DNA of 63,312 nucleotides, counting the filler. It is 7 parts of 7 records of this genome, joined end to end, with 100 filler letters (N's around TTAATTAATTAA, not from the genome) between each part and the next. Parts side by side here need not be neighbours in the genome. Positions count along the whole stretch, not along the records: positions 29,815 to 35,566 come from DRR723986_10681; positions 35,667 to 41,943 come from DRR723986_10686; positions 42,044 to 58,037 come from DRR723986_10687; 4 more parts are not named here. The stretch is one strand, 5' to 3'. The translations under genes were made by a program, and so were the position numbers. Positions 31,824 through 42,575 of the stretch are shown one piece after another; position 1 is the stretch's first letter, and every line of letters begins with the position of its first letter. Below the pieces are notes generated by a model. The model was given only the letters and a program-made list of their open reading frames with translations. It searched no databases and was not told where the DNA came from.

Positions 31824-32486
31824 ATGAAAAAGGCTATTAACTTTCTCAAACTGCTAAAAGAAAACAACAATCGGGAATGGTTCTCTGAGCACAAATCACA
31901 ATACGATTTGATTGCAAAGGAAAACAAAGCGTATTTCAACGAGATTTATACGGAACTGCAAAACCACGATAGTTTATCCGGAATTCACATTTCCAGAATC
32001 TACCGGGATATTCGCTTTTCAAAAGATAAAACTCCTTTCAAAACCAATTTCGGGGCTGGATATTCTCGGACAAAGCCATTGTTAAGAGGTGGATATTACA
32101 TGCAAATAGAGCCAAATAACAGCTTTGTAGGCGGTGGGTTTTGGGCTCCAAACAAAGAAGACCTGCTAAATATCCGCAAGGAATTTGAAACGGACACTAG
32201 AGAAATTCAACAGATAACTTCTGATAAAACTTTTGTGAGATATTTTGAAGAACTCCAAGGGGAAGATGCTGTAAAAAATGCCCCAAAAGGCTTCGATAAA
32301 GATCACCCTGCCATTGATTTGATTAAGAAAAAGCAATTTGTGGTGAAAAGAAAATTTACTGATAAAGAGGTTTTATCGGATGACTTTCAGAAAGAAGTCA
32401 TTCTTACATTTCTAGCAATGCGCCCATTTTTTGATTACATGAGTGAGGTCCTTACTACAAATCATAATGGGGAATCGAAAGTGTAA
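31824..32486 (+). CDS. DUF2461 family protein
   Basis: L..NNNREWF, RIYRDIRFSKDKTPFK. Confidence 0.9.
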   Translation: MKKAINFLKLLKENNNREWFSEHKSQYDLIAKENKAYFNEIYTELQNHDSLSGIHISRIYRDIRFSKDKTPFKTNFGAGYSRTKPLLRGGYYMQIEPNNSFVGGGFWAPNKEDLLNIRKEFETDTREIQQITSDKTFVRYFEELQGEDAVKNAPKGFDKDHPAIDLIKKKQFVVKRKFTDKEVLSDDFQKEVILTFLAMRPFFDYMSEVLTTNHNGESKV

Positions 32487-32497
32487 TCACTAACAAC

Positions 32498-32526
32498 AAA
32501 AAACCCAAGAAAATATTCTTGGGTTT
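32498..32526. terminator. Intrinsic terminator between convergent genes
   Basis: AAACCCAAGAA-aata-TTCTTGGGTTT with adjoining A-run. Confidence 0.8.
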
Positions 32527-32544
32527 AAATTACGTTAAGACTGT

Positions 32545-33399
32545 TTATCCCAATCCGTACTTTTCTCCCATAGACCGGATTAGCTTGTAACCATTCTCAG
32601 CCATATCCCAAGGTTCAGAGAAATTCCTCCACACTCCAATTGAATTTGCAAAAGCAGGATCATTTCTGGTAAAACCTTCAATAGTCAACCAGCCCTTATA
32701 CTTCACATCAGCCAAAGCTTTAAAAGCCTCGTCGAAGTTCACATGACCTGAACCAGGTGTTCCTCTGTCATTTTCAGAGATATGGAAATGCCCCAATTGA
32801 GGAGCAATAAACTTAATTGCATCAGACAAGCTCTTCTCTTCGATATTTGCATGATGGGTATCAAACATAGCCTGTACATTCGGGTGATCCACTTTTTTCA
32901 GCAAATACGAAAGCTGATCCATGGTATTGCAGAGGTAGCATTCAAAACGGTTCAATGCCTCAGGCGTTAGTAAAATCCCTGCATCTTTAGCATAGTCCCC
33001 TACTCCGTGAAGCACTTCGGCTGACCAAGAATACTCATCTTCGATTGGTTCTCGCGAGGCAAAAACAGTGAATCCCGAATGAAAAGGTCCACAAAGTACT
33101 TGCGCATTTAGATCATGGGCTCTATCAATAACCCATTTCAGTTGCTCACTTGCCGCCGCACGAATATTAGCATCTGGTGAAATTGGATTTTGGTCTGCTC
33201 CCATCACCGTCACTGCAGTCACTTCCAGGCCGATATCTGCGCAGTGCTTTCCAACTAATTTGAAAGATTCCTCAGGTGAACCTCCTATGAAAAATTCTGC
33301 ACCGTCATAGCCGATTTTTTTTAAACGATCTAAAACAGGCAACAGCGCCTCTGACATTTCTGCCGACCAAGCCAGCACATTAAATCCTATTTTGTTCAT
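32545..33399 (-). CDS. Sugar phosphate isomerase/epimerase (D-psicose/D-tagatose 3-epimerase-like)
   Basis: EALNRFE, DTHHANIEE, HISENDRGTPG.G, IEGF. Confidence 0.9.
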   Translation of the reverse strand: MNKIGFNVLAWSAEMSEALLPVLDRLKKIGYDGAEFFIGGSPEESFKLVGKHCADIGLEVTAVTVMGADQNPISPDANIRAAASEQLKWVIDRAHDLNAQVLCGPFHSGFTVFASREPIEDEYSWSAEVLHGVGDYAKDAGILLTPEALNRFECYLCNTMDQLSYLLKKVDHPNVQAMFDTHHANIEEKSLSDAIKFIAPQLGHFHISENDRGTPGSGHVNFDEAFKALADVKYKGWLTIEGFTRNDPAFANSIGVWRNFSEPWDMAENGYKLIRSMGEKYGLG

Positions 33400-33528
33400 G
33401 AATTCTAATCTTTCTTATTGAGTCTATTCATATTGCCCTTCATTATTTCTCATTCGCTATTCATGATTCAACATTGAAAATAAAGAATGCAGAATGATGA
33501 ATTTTAAATAATGAAGTTTAAAGTTCTA

Positions 33529-34551
33529 CTACTTGAAATCTTCGACCCTCATTCCCTTCCTAAAGCTATCAAATCCAAACATAGTCGGTTTGTAGCTACC
33601 TACAATTTCCACAGAAAGTTCGGGGGTGATCACTTCCGGCATATCCAACAACCAAAAGGAAGCATTCACGATCAGGCGGCGCATATCTTCTACCTGAAAA
33701 TCAATAGATGAACCTAGGGTACTCCCTAATACTTTACCTGTTTTTCCTCCATCTAGCGAATACTCCTTTGTCCAAGCTATTGGCATTATAGATTTATCCC
33801 ACATTAGAGGAGACTCTGGAGTCATACCTGCTGTTGATTGTCCATATAGAAGCACATTGGCAGACGAGGGCAAATTCTTAATCGAGTAAACATCGGTTGG
33901 AGCCCAGATATCATCAACTCCTCTCAATATCGGGTGATCAGCATCACGGTCAACTCCATCAATCAAAGCTCTTGTTCCCTCAGATTTGTGGATACCATGG
34001 TGTGCTACCCAGGTTTCACCAACAATTTGCTGACCAAAGCCACCTTCCCAACCAGGCACTTTACTGTTCCAAGTCCATTTGGCGTAAGGAGAATTCTTGT
34101 CTTTGATTGCGAAAGGGTGAGTTGAGGTCCGAAGTGCAATAAATGGTTTTCCTGATTTGAAATAATCTTCCAAGTGCTTCATTTGATCCATTGGAAGGTC
34201 TCTAAAACGAATGAGCATGATCACGAGATCAGCATTCTTGAGATGCTCCAAACCTGGTATATTATTTTGGTAGCTCGGAACTACGTTGCCCGATTCAGGC
34301 TCAATCGGAAATAATACAGTGGTATTAAATCCATAATGCTCTGAAAGAATTTTTGCCATCATCGGCATGGATTCCTCAGATCGGTACTCATCATCTCCTG
34401 CTATTAGAACGACATTCTTTCCTTGACCTGGGCCACTTTTGCCATTGAATTGTAAAAAAGATTGACCGTTTTGAGCTGAAACACAAGATATTGAGAACAC
34501 AGCAATCAGAATCAATAAAAAAGCAGACTTTTTGGAAGATGAGTTTTTCAT
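33529..34551 (-). CDS. ThuA-like (class I GATase fold) secreted protein
   Basis: Signal peptide; VLIAGDDEYRSEE, LRTSTH, HPILRG, PIAWT. Confidence 0.8.
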   Translation of the reverse strand: MKNSSSKKSAFLLILIAVFSISCVSAQNGQSFLQFNGKSGPGQGKNVVLIAGDDEYRSEESMPMMAKILSEHYGFNTTVLFPIEPESGNVVPSYQNNIPGLEHLKNADLVIMLIRFRDLPMDQMKHLEDYFKSGKPFIALRTSTHPFAIKDKNSPYAKWTWNSKVPGWEGGFGQQIVGETWVAHHGIHKSEGTRALIDGVDRDADHPILRGVDDIWAPTDVYSIKNLPSSANVLLYGQSTAGMTPESPLMWDKSIMPIAWTKEYSLDGGKTGKVLGSTLGSSIDFQVEDMRRLIVNASFWLLDMPEVITPELSVEIVGSYKPTMFGFDSFRKGMRVEDFK

Positions 34552-34824
34552 GGTTTTTAAGAGAATGAATTGGGAAAATAGTAAAACTTTCAAGGGTTTT
34601 CATCCTGTTGTCAGAATTCTATTTCGGTATCGATTCCGTTAATTGTTTAGCCTTTCAACATAATTATGGAAAGACTAGCGACAAAAATTACCTACTTTCT
34701 CATTCTAAAATCAATTAATGACAACCATACATCCTACAAATATGATCTCGAGCACTTCATATCTTACACAATTTTGGATGATAGGCGAGATTCAATGTGG
34801 TCTTAAAAAAACAATAATAAACTC

Positions 34825-35566
34825 ATGAAAACGGACAGAAGAAATTTTCTCAAGACAGGCTCACTAGCCGCATTAGGACTTAGTGGGATTTCTATAGTTC
34901 CATCTACGGTACTAGGCAAATCTATGGGTCACACAGCTCCCAGCGATAAAGTTAATCTTGCTTGCTGTGGTATAGGCAATCGTGGCGCTCAGATTATGAA
35001 TGCACTTTATGACACTGGGCTATGTAATATCGTAGCGCTTTGTGACGTAGATATGGGCGCACCTCATACGACAGCTATGATGGAGAAATTTCCAAATGCT
35101 AAGCGATTCAAAGATTTCAGAAGAATGTTTGATGAGTTTGGAAATGGATTCGAAGCTATTACTGTAGGAACTCCCGATTTTTCCCACTTCCCGATCACCA
35201 TGCTAGCGATGTCTGAAGGCAAGCATGTTTATACTGAAAAACCAATGGCTCGTACCTTCAATGAGATCACCCTCATGATGGACTCTGCCAAAAGACATAA
35301 AGTGGTAACCCAAATGGGAAACCAGGGTCACTCTGAAGGCAACTACTTCCAATTCAAAGCTTGGAAGGAAGCTGGTATCATCAAGGATGTGACTGCAGTG
35401 ACGGCTCATATGAACAGCCCAAGAAGATGGCATGGGTGGGATGTTAATATGCAAAGCTTTCCAAAAGCTGAAGCACTGCCATCCACACTTGATTGGGATA
35501 CTTGGCTGATGGCTCGATCAGAACACGACTACAACAAAGACTTCATCAACGGACAGTGGAGATGCT
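34825..35566 (+). CDS. Tat-exported Gfo/Idh/MocA oxidoreductase (3'-truncated)
   Basis: DRRNFLK Tat motif; G.GNRG, ALCDVD, TPD, KHVYTEKP, QMGNQ. Confidence 0.92.
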
Positions 35567-35666
35567 NNNNNNNNNNNNNNNNNNNNNNNNNNNNNNNNNN
35601 NNNNNNNNNNTTAATTAATTAANNNNNNNNNNNNNNNNNNNNNNNNNNNNNNNNNNNNNNNNNNNN

Positions 35667-35851
35667 TAGTAGCCTTTCAGCTTTTGCTTGGCGCGCAGCT
35701 GAATGCCGTAATCGGAAAGCTTGCCTTTACGGCGCTGACCGTGCTGGCCGGGGCCATAATCACGACGGTTTACCGGAGACTTTGAACGGCCCCAGATGTT
35801 TTCGCCCATACGGCGATCGAGTTTGTATTTCGCTTGGATACGCTTGGTCAT
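35667..35851 (-). CDS. rpsD: 30S ribosomal protein S4 (3'-truncated)
   Basis: [20 protein letters not shown]...[23 protein letters not shown], alphaproteobacterial type. Confidence 0.97.
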
Positions 35852-35965
35852 GCGAATCGCTCCTTTTGTTAAGCGCCACGAGCGTGTGCAGACCGAAATC
35901 GATAAGGCACTGTGTTGCTCGCGCGGACAGGGTCACTATTGCCCTGACCATTCATTAAGGGGCGG

Positions 35966-35994
35966 GAATTAAAGGGGCGCGGGCCTGTTGTCAA
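35966..35994 (-). promoter_or_regulatory. sigma70-type promoter of rpsD
   Basis: Minus strand TTGACA-17 nt-TAATTC. Confidence 0.6.
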
Positions 35995-36024
35995 CTCAAA
36001 AGCGCATTTAGCAGTCATATTCTG

Positions 36025-36741
36025 CTAAATATGATATTCGCCCGTGTAAGTAACACCTGCAGCCAAGTTGGCAGGCACGGCAACATCCATAAATTTAGGG
36101 TTGGCCAATTTCAGGTTATTCATCAGGTCAATATACTCTGCTTTGTTTGCTACCTGAAGGCGCGGATTACAGCGCTTTTCCTCACCGATACGGCTTTCAG
36201 CAACGCCTCGGTAATCATGGCCGGGGTATACAATTGTGTCATCTGGCAGGGTAAGTAGCTTATGGTGGATGCTGTCATATTGTATGCCTGCATCACCGTT
36301 TTGAAAGTCGGTGCGTCCGCTACCGCGTATAAGCAAGGTATCGCCTGTGAAAACCATGGCTTTATCGCCATCGTTCAGCACATAACTGAAGCTGTCGTCG
36401 GTGTGGCCCGGCGTAGCCAGCGCCGTTAACGCCCTGTTACCAAACGTTATTTTTTCTCCGTCTTTAACAAAAACATCAATACCGCTTGCCGTTGAGCCAA
36501 AGCCATGAACCGACCGTGCACCGTAAGTTTCACGCAGTAAACCCAGCCCGGTAACATGGTCAGCATGCACGTGGGTATCAATGGCATATTTCAGCTTGAG
36601 GTTCAGTTCCTGCAGCAAGCGAACATAAAGCGCGTGCTGGTCAACAACCGGATCAATGATCACCGCTTCGCGAGTGTCTTCATCACCCAATAAATAGGTA
36701 TATGTCCAAGTTTCATGATCAAATAACTGCCGAAAAATCAA
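36025..36741 (-). CDS. MBL-fold persulfide dioxygenase (ETHE1-like)
   Basis: IFRQLFD, TYTYLL, THVHADHVTG, TPGHT, GRTDFQ.GD, YPGHDY. Confidence 0.88.
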   Translation of the reverse strand: MIFRQLFDHETWTYTYLLGDEDTREAVIIDPVVDQHALYVRLLQELNLKLKYAIDTHVHADHVTGLGLLRETYGARSVHGFGSTASGIDVFVKDGEKITFGNRALTALATPGHTDDSFSYVLNDGDKAMVFTGDTLLIRGSGRTDFQNGDAGIQYDSIHHKLLTLPDDTIVYPGHDYRGVAESRIGEEKRCNPRLQVANKAEYIDLMNNLKLANPKFMDVAVPANLAAGVTYTGEYHI

Positions 36742-36908
36742 AATATACCCACCTTTTCTGTGAAAAATTGACGTTAGCATCCGAAAATTAGCATCAAACT
36801 CGCCGTTTTTAGAAAAAAACGCGCCCTTTTTTGAAAAAATATGGCGATATTTTCATTTTCAGTGCCGAGAATTCAACCATCGCTATACTAATCCAGTCGT
36901 TAAAAGCT

Positions 36909-37793
36909 TCACCCCCGAAATCGCCTGATCAAGCTTGAGGTATCATTGCGGTTACCGCCCATTTTCTGCACGTCAGCGTAAAATTCGTCAACCTGCCCAG
37001 TTATCGGCAACTCAATGCCCATACGCTTGGCTTCTTCAAGCACAATACCCAGGTCCTTGCGCATCCAGTCCACCGCAAAACCAAAATCAAATTTGCCGTC
37101 AATCATGGTTTCAGCGCGGTTGTCCATCTGCCAGCTTTGCGCTGCGCCTTTGCTGATAACCTCAACAACCGCTTTGGCGTCCAGCCCAGCTTCCAAGCCA
37201 AAATGAAGCGCCTCAGACAAACCCTGCACAACCCCGGCGATGCAAATTTGATTAACCATTTTTGCCAGTTGACCCGAACCCGCTTCGCCCAGCAGTTTCA
37301 CGGTTTTACCATATGCCGCCATAACGGGCGCCGCCCTTTCAAAATGAGCCAGCTCGCCACCGCACATAACCGTCAGTACACCATTAACGGCCCCTGCTTC
37401 ACCGCCAGAAACCGGCGCATCAATGAAGCCAATGCCGCGTTCTGCCGCCGCTGATGCCATGTTGCGCGCACAGTCGGCCGACGCAGTGGTGTGGTCAACA
37501 AACACAGCGCCTTTCGCCATGACACTAAAGGCCCCTTCTTCGCTGGTGCAAATGGCCTCAACGTCTTTGTCCGCTCCAACACAGGCAAACACAAAATCAG
37601 CATCTGCCGCAGCGCCTGCCGGCGTTGGCGCCGCAAAAATCTCTTCCTCGGCCTTTTCGGCAAACTCTTCAAGCCAAGCCTCAGCCTTTTGGTTTGTCCG
37701 ATTATAAACCGTAACACTATGCCCGGCTGCAACTAAATGCCCTGCCATCGGATAGCCCATAACCCCAAGGCCAAGGAACGCCACTTTCGCCAT
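36909..37793 (-). CDS. NAD(P)-dependent beta-hydroxyacid dehydrogenase (3-hydroxyisobutyrate/tartronate semialdehyde reductase family)
   Basis: FLGLGVMG.PMA, DAPVSGG, G.GQ.AKMVNQ, KDL. Confidence 0.92.
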   Translation of the reverse strand: MAKVAFLGLGVMGYPMAGHLVAAGHSVTVYNRTNQKAEAWLEEFAEKAEEEIFAAPTPAGAAADADFVFACVGADKDVEAICTSEEGAFSVMAKGAVFVDHTTASADCARNMASAAAERGIGFIDAPVSGGEAGAVNGVLTVMCGGELAHFERAAPVMAAYGKTVKLLGEAGSGQLAKMVNQICIAGVVQGLSEALHFGLEAGLDAKAVVEVISKGAAQSWQMDNRAETMIDGKFDFGFAVDWMRKDLGIVLEEAKRMGIELPITGQVDEFYADVQKMGGNRNDTSSLIRRFRG

Positions 37794-37822
37794 TTATTTT
37801 CTCCTGAACACCTGCAACAGAC

Positions 37823-37854
37823 AAAAAGCCACCCTGATTTAACAGGGCAGCTTT
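37823..37854 (-). terminator. Intrinsic terminator after the YHS gene
   Basis: Minus strand AAAGCTGCCCTG-ttaaat-CAGGGTGGCTTT-TT. Confidence 0.65.
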
Positions 37855-37936
37855 CTCTTGCTTAAGCAACCAAATGCCGATTGTCCAGAAGTGCCTCGTA
37901 TACTGCTACTTTGCCTTGGGCAATGCTGGCTTTTGG

Positions 37937-38455
37937 TTAAAATTTTGCTTTATAATTGGAAAAGTTTTTCGCTTCCAATTCCCAGCGCTTGTCAGCAACA
38001 AGGCGAAACTTTCTGCTATTGGTTTCCCACATTTCGCGCTTCATTTCATTTTCAAACAAAAACAATTTGTTGTCCTGAATAGCGAAAACCGCCGGATTCG
38101 CCGCAACTGTTTTATGGTCAGACATAGCAAAAGCACAGTGCCCACCATATTGCGGTGCATAATGCATTGGGTCATCCATGAAAGCTTTCCTGCCCTCAAA
38201 AGAGGCAAAATAGTATATTTGGCTTTCGTAAACATAGCTAATTTCGGGCTTGCCGAGTTTGGGTAAGCCACCCGCAAAATACAGTGTTGGGTCATATCCA
38301 CCAAGCGCAACAACCAATTCTGTGCCTGACTGTGCCTGTGCGCTTTCCGGCTTAAAACTATTTGACGTTATGGTTTCAATGTCTGCGCTTGCAGGCATAC
38401 CATGCATCACCAACCCAAGCGCAGTTGCCGCCGCTATTTTCATCGTCTTTTGCAT
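37937..38455 (-). CDS. Secreted YHS-domain protein
   Basis: Signal peptide; A.GGYDP..YF, YYFAS, F..DP..YAPQYGGHCAFAMS. Confidence 0.85.
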   Translation of the reverse strand: MQKTMKIAAATALGLVMHGMPASADIETITSNSFKPESAQAQSGTELVVALGGYDPTLYFAGGLPKLGKPEISYVYESQIYYFASFEGRKAFMDDPMHYAPQYGGHCAFAMSDHKTVAANPAVFAIQDNKLFLFENEMKREMWETNSRKFRLVADKRWELEAKNFSNYKAKF

Positions 38456-38643
38456 TTTCACATCCTCTAAATAACCCTGCTAGCCCCATGTAACAATTCG
38501 TATAGGTAATTGCTGCTCACATTGTCACACCAATAAGTGAGGTTGTCGTTATTGCGTATTGGCCCCAAGGAAAATTCGCCATATAGTCTTTTTAGTAGGT
38601 GTGCTAGTGGGGTAAGCACAAGTAATCGCGGGGCAAAACACTC

Positions 38644-41091
38644 ATGAACTCACTGAAATTTTGGCTAATTTTTACTGCTACACTTCTAATCACCTTCATG
38701 GCCATAGGCTTTGGCTGGTTGAAAAGCAGTCTGCCCGCATTAAGCGGTGAGGTCATAATAGCTGGCCCCAACGCCGAAATTGTCGTAGCCCGCGACGAAA
38801 ACGGTGTGCCGCATATAGATGCTGCCAGCGAAGGTGATTTGGCCTTTGGTCTAGGCTATGCCCACGCCCAGGACCGCCTCTGGCAAATGGAAATGAACCG
38901 ACGCATTGGCAATGGCCGCGTTGCTGAAGTGTTAGGTGAGGCTGGCGTTGGCTTCGATAAATATTTCAGAACCTTAGGGTTTACAGTGCGCGCTGAAACG
39001 GCGCTGGCTGCTCTGCCCCCGGAAATTGTGGAAAGCTTGCAAAAATATGCCGACGGTGTGAATGCCTTTGTTACCAATCACACAGGCGCTCTGCCGCCTG
39101 AGTTTGTCCTTACCGGCGTAACGCCAGAACCTTGGCGCCCGCTAGATTCGCTGGTATGGCAAAAAATGATGTGGCTAGACCTGTCTGGCAATGCCCGCCA
39201 CGAGATTGCCCGCGCACGCCTTCTAACCAGACTATCCCCGGCGCAAGTTGCCTCGCTTTACCCGTCATACCCCGGCGAAGCACCGCGCACCTTCCAGTCT
39301 CTGGCGAGCATATACACAAACGCCCCCATTGTTGCGGCGGCAAAAGCTATTGGCCCGGAAAAACCCGCAGGATACGGCTCTAATAACTGGGTTGTTTCTG
39401 GCGAGCGAACAGTCAGTGGTATGCCCTTGCTGGCGAATGACCCACATCTTGGGCTTACCACGCCGTCTATCTGGTACCTGGCGCGCCTGCACAATCGCAC
39501 AGACAATAGCAACATAGTCGGTGTTAGTTTCCCCGGCGCACCCGGCATTGTTATTGGCAGAAACGACCATATTGCCTGGGGTTTCACTAATACGGCACCA
39601 GACGTTATGGACCTGTTCATTGAAAAGCTGGTTGGTGAAAACCGCTATCTAACGCCAACTGGCCCTGTCGAGTTTGAAAGCCGCGATGAAGTGATCAAAG
39701 TAAAAGACGGCGATGATATTGTCCTCACCGTGCGCGAAACTCGCCACGGCCCTGTGGTGTCAGACATTTACACCGGCAGCGAAGACTTTTTAGACGCGGA
39801 GCATGTTATCTCATTGCAATGGACGGCTCTATTACCGACCGACACCGGCGTTGTAGCACTTCAAAAACTAGGCACGGCCAAAACATTTGAAGAATTTAAA
39901 GCTGCTGGCAGTTTTTACCGCGGCCCTGAACAAAATATGATCTACGCAGACACTGAGGGCAACATTGGCTACCATGCCCCCGGGTTGGTACCTGTGCGTC
40001 GCAGCGACAATGAGATAAATGGCATGCTGCCCTCGCCGGGGTGGGATGCAAAATATGACTGGCAGAGCTTTCTGCCTTACGACGAGCTACCAACACGGTT
40101 TAACCCGGCCAGCGGTATTATTGCCACCGCCAATGAGAAAATTATCAGCGACGATTACCCGCATTATATTACAAATGATTGGGCTTTGCCTTACCGCGGC
40201 AACCGCATTCGCGCAGAGTTAAAAGCAACTGAAAAACATACGCTTGATACCTTCGCTGATTTGCACGGCGATGTAGTTTCTGACATGGCGCGCGACCTAA
40301 AGCCTTGGATTGCCGCTAACCTTGAGGACACACCAATTAAACAAGCACTATTGGCATGGGACGGCCATATGGGCATTGAAAAAGCGGAACCCTTAATTTT
40401 TTACACGTGGGTGCGGCATTATCAGGCGTTATTGCTGGGTGATGAGCTAGGCGAGTTATATACCAGCTTTACCCGCCAGCGACCCCGCATCATAAAATCC
40501 AGCCTATACTGGAGTGCAGGCGGTGCTTTGGAAGGCGATGAAGACAATTGGAACACAGGTTATTATGCTCTGCCGGTTTTAGACGAAAACGCGTCACTGG
40601 CCTGGTGTGATGACATCTCAACAAATGCCGGGGTAGAAACATGCGGCGCACTAGCTAATCGTGCAATGGCGCTGACTATAGAGGAACTTTCAAGCCAGCA
40701 CGGCGACGACATGCAAACATGGCAGTGGGGTGCAACCCATACCTTACACCAAAGCCACAGGCCTATGAGCCAAATACCTGTATTAAAAGATATTTTTGGC
40801 ATTACAACACCCATTGGTGGCGGCCGCTTTACGGTAAATGTTGCGGGTGTAAGCACCAACCCCGGCAGTTTGAACCAATCCACATTTGGCCCAAGCTACC
40901 GAGGTATATTTGATATGTCTGACCTTGAGAAATCGCTTTATGTTCAACCTACTGGTCAGTCAGGCAACCCTTTATCAAAGCATCACGCAGACTTGTTTGA
41001 GCGGTGGCGCGATGTTGAGTATTTTACAATTCCAACAAAAACCACAATCCCGGAAAACGCCGAAGGTGTATTAAGATTGATACCGCAGTAA
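38644..41091 (+). CDS. Penicillin acylase / AHL acylase family Ntn-hydrolase
   Basis: RD.NGVPHI, GYAHAQDRLWQM, GSNNWVVSG, LANDPHL, GQSGNP.S.H. Confidence 0.93.
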   Translation: MNSLKFWLIFTATLLITFMAIGFGWLKSSLPALSGEVIIAGPNAEIVVARDENGVPHIDAASEGDLAFGLGYAHAQDRLWQMEMNRRIGNGRVAEVLGEAGVGFDKYFRTLGFTVRAETALAALPPEIVESLQKYADGVNAFVTNHTGALPPEFVLTGVTPEPWRPLDSLVWQKMMWLDLSGNARHEIARARLLTRLSPAQVASLYPSYPGEAPRTFQSLASIYTNAPIVAAAKAIGPEKPAGYGSNNWVVSGERTVSGMPLLANDPHLGLTTPSIWYLARLHNRTDNSNIVGVSFPGAPGIVIGRNDHIAWGFTNTAPDVMDLFIEKLVGENRYLTPTGPVEFESRDEVIKVKDGDDIVLTVRETRHGPVVSDIYTGSEDFLDAEHVISLQWTALLPTDTGVVALQKLGTAKTFEEFKAAGSFYRGPEQNMIYADTEGNIGYHAPGLVPVRRSDNEINGMLPSPGWDAKYDWQSFLPYDELPTRFNPASGIIATANEKIISDDYPHYITNDWALPYRGNRIRAELKATEKHTLDTFADLHGDVVSDMARDLKPWIAANLEDTPIKQALLAWDGHMGIEKAEPLIFYTWVRHYQALLLGDELGELYTSFTRQRPRIIKSSLYWSAGGALEGDEDNWNTGYYALPVLDENASLAWCDDISTNAGVETCGALANRAMALTIEELSSQHGDDMQTWQWGATHTLHQSHRPMSQIPVLKDIFGITTPIGGGRFTVNVAGVSTNPGSLNQSTFGPSYRGIFDMSDLEKSLYVQPTGQSGNPLSKHHADLFERWRDVEYFTIPTKTTIPENAEGVLRLIPQ

Positions 41092-41108
41092 AGCATTCTG
41101 CAGCTATT

Positions 41109-41161
41109 TTAAGCCACCTATAAAACCAAGGCAGACAGCCAAACGTGAACCAGTTGTTAAC
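41109..41161 (+). promoter_or_regulatory. Two CtrA-like boxes upstream of motB
   Basis: TTAA-N7-ATAA (41109-41123) and TGAA-N7-TTAAC (41146-41161) versus consensus TTAA-N7-TTAA. Confidence 0.6.
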
Positions 41162-41219
41162 CATCTGCTGCAATAGTGTTGCGCACAAGAGTGCATAAAC
41201 AATTGAAGCGGATATTCCT

Positions 41220-41943
41220 TTGGCAGGCGACGACGAAAAATTACGGCCGATAATCAAAAAGATTAAAAAGGTTGAAGGCGGCGGGCATCACGGCGGCGCA
41301 TGGAAAGTGGCATATGCTGACTTCACCACCGCTATGATGGCCTTTTTTATGTTGTTGTGGCTATTAAATGTGGCACCGCCAGAAACATTGGCAGGCCTTG
41401 CAGATTATTTCTCACCAACGACCGCCGCCGTTTCAGGTAAATCAGGTGTGGATGCCATCAACCCGCCTTCTGACGACAGTGTAGGGTCTAACCCCTCCCC
41501 TACGGTTTTAATTTCTGATCCCGGCATGCCGAAAACAGGCCCTACGTCCGGAGACAGTGAAGGCGCTGATGTGGAGGGCGGCGGAGACCCCAATGTGCAA
41601 GACGTTATCGACCTTGCCAATCGTATCCGAGAACAAGAAGATATGGCATTCGAGCAAATGCAAGAGCAATTGCGTCTGGCTATTCAGCAGTCACCCACCC
41701 TTTCTGACCTGTCTGACCAGGTGATTATGGAAATTACTGAAGATGGCATGAAAATTCAGCTGATAGATAAAGACCGCCGGGCAATGTTTCGCCAAGGAAC
41801 AGACGAGCTTTATAATTATGCCCGCGATATGATTAATGAAATTGGCGGTTCCATACAGGACTTACCCAATCGGGTTACAGTGCAAGGCCATACTGATGGC
41901 GGCAATTTCACTGGCCAACAAGGCGGCAGCAACTGGCAGCTCA
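41220..41943 (+). CDS. motB: Flagellar stator protein MotB (3'-truncated)
   Basis: HHGGAWKVAYADFTTAMMAFF, OmpA-like GHTD...NWQL. Confidence 0.93.
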
Positions 41944-42043
41944 NNNNNNNNNNNNNNNNNNNNNNNNNNNNNNNNNNNNNNNNNNNNTTAATTAATTAAN
42001 NNNNNNNNNNNNNNNNNNNNNNNNNNNNNNNNNNNNNNNNNNN

Positions 42044-42418
42044 CAAGTCATCGACTGAAAAATCTTCGTCGTCCGACGTGGCGCTATCTTGAGGCTCAGA
42101 TTTTTCTCCACCAGAGTCTAACAAGACGGCCTTTGCAGAAGTGGTGTCCTCCTCCGGAGCCGTCAGTTTTTTGTGAAGTGCTAATAGTGCTTTGTCAGCA
42201 GGTAAGCGGCGCAGTCCATTATTAAGTAAGCCAACAGCCTCACCAGTTTCGCCGAGTTGGATGTATGCTTGCGCACCAATTATGTAAGCCGTGGCATAGT
42301 CAGGATATACGGCAATTCCGCGCATGCAAAGGTCAAAGGCTTCAAACGCCTGCTCGTTCGCAAGCATCTCCGCGGCCTCAACCAAAAACAATGGAGATAT
42401 TCCGTTATCCAGGGACAT
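42044..42418 (-). CDS. TPR-like protein (3'-truncated)
   Basis: A...C..GI..YPDYATA.I...QAY...G...EA...L..GL...P helical repeat. Confidence 0.65.
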
Positions 42419-42575
42419 CTAGTCAAACCCCGCTAAAACCAGCAATAAATCGCTGCTGAAACTTAGGCATTGCACACCCTGCAGGCAAATGCAAATCGCA
42501 CTAAAAAGCGTCAAATCAAGGATGAAAGACGCAGAAAACTCATGCCAACCAGAATTGAAAAGCCAGACTGAATGT

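Noticed and set aside
37937-38455. Selenoprotein form of the YHS protein
   Set aside because: The GGHCA Cys is an ordinary TGT codon; no in-frame TGA
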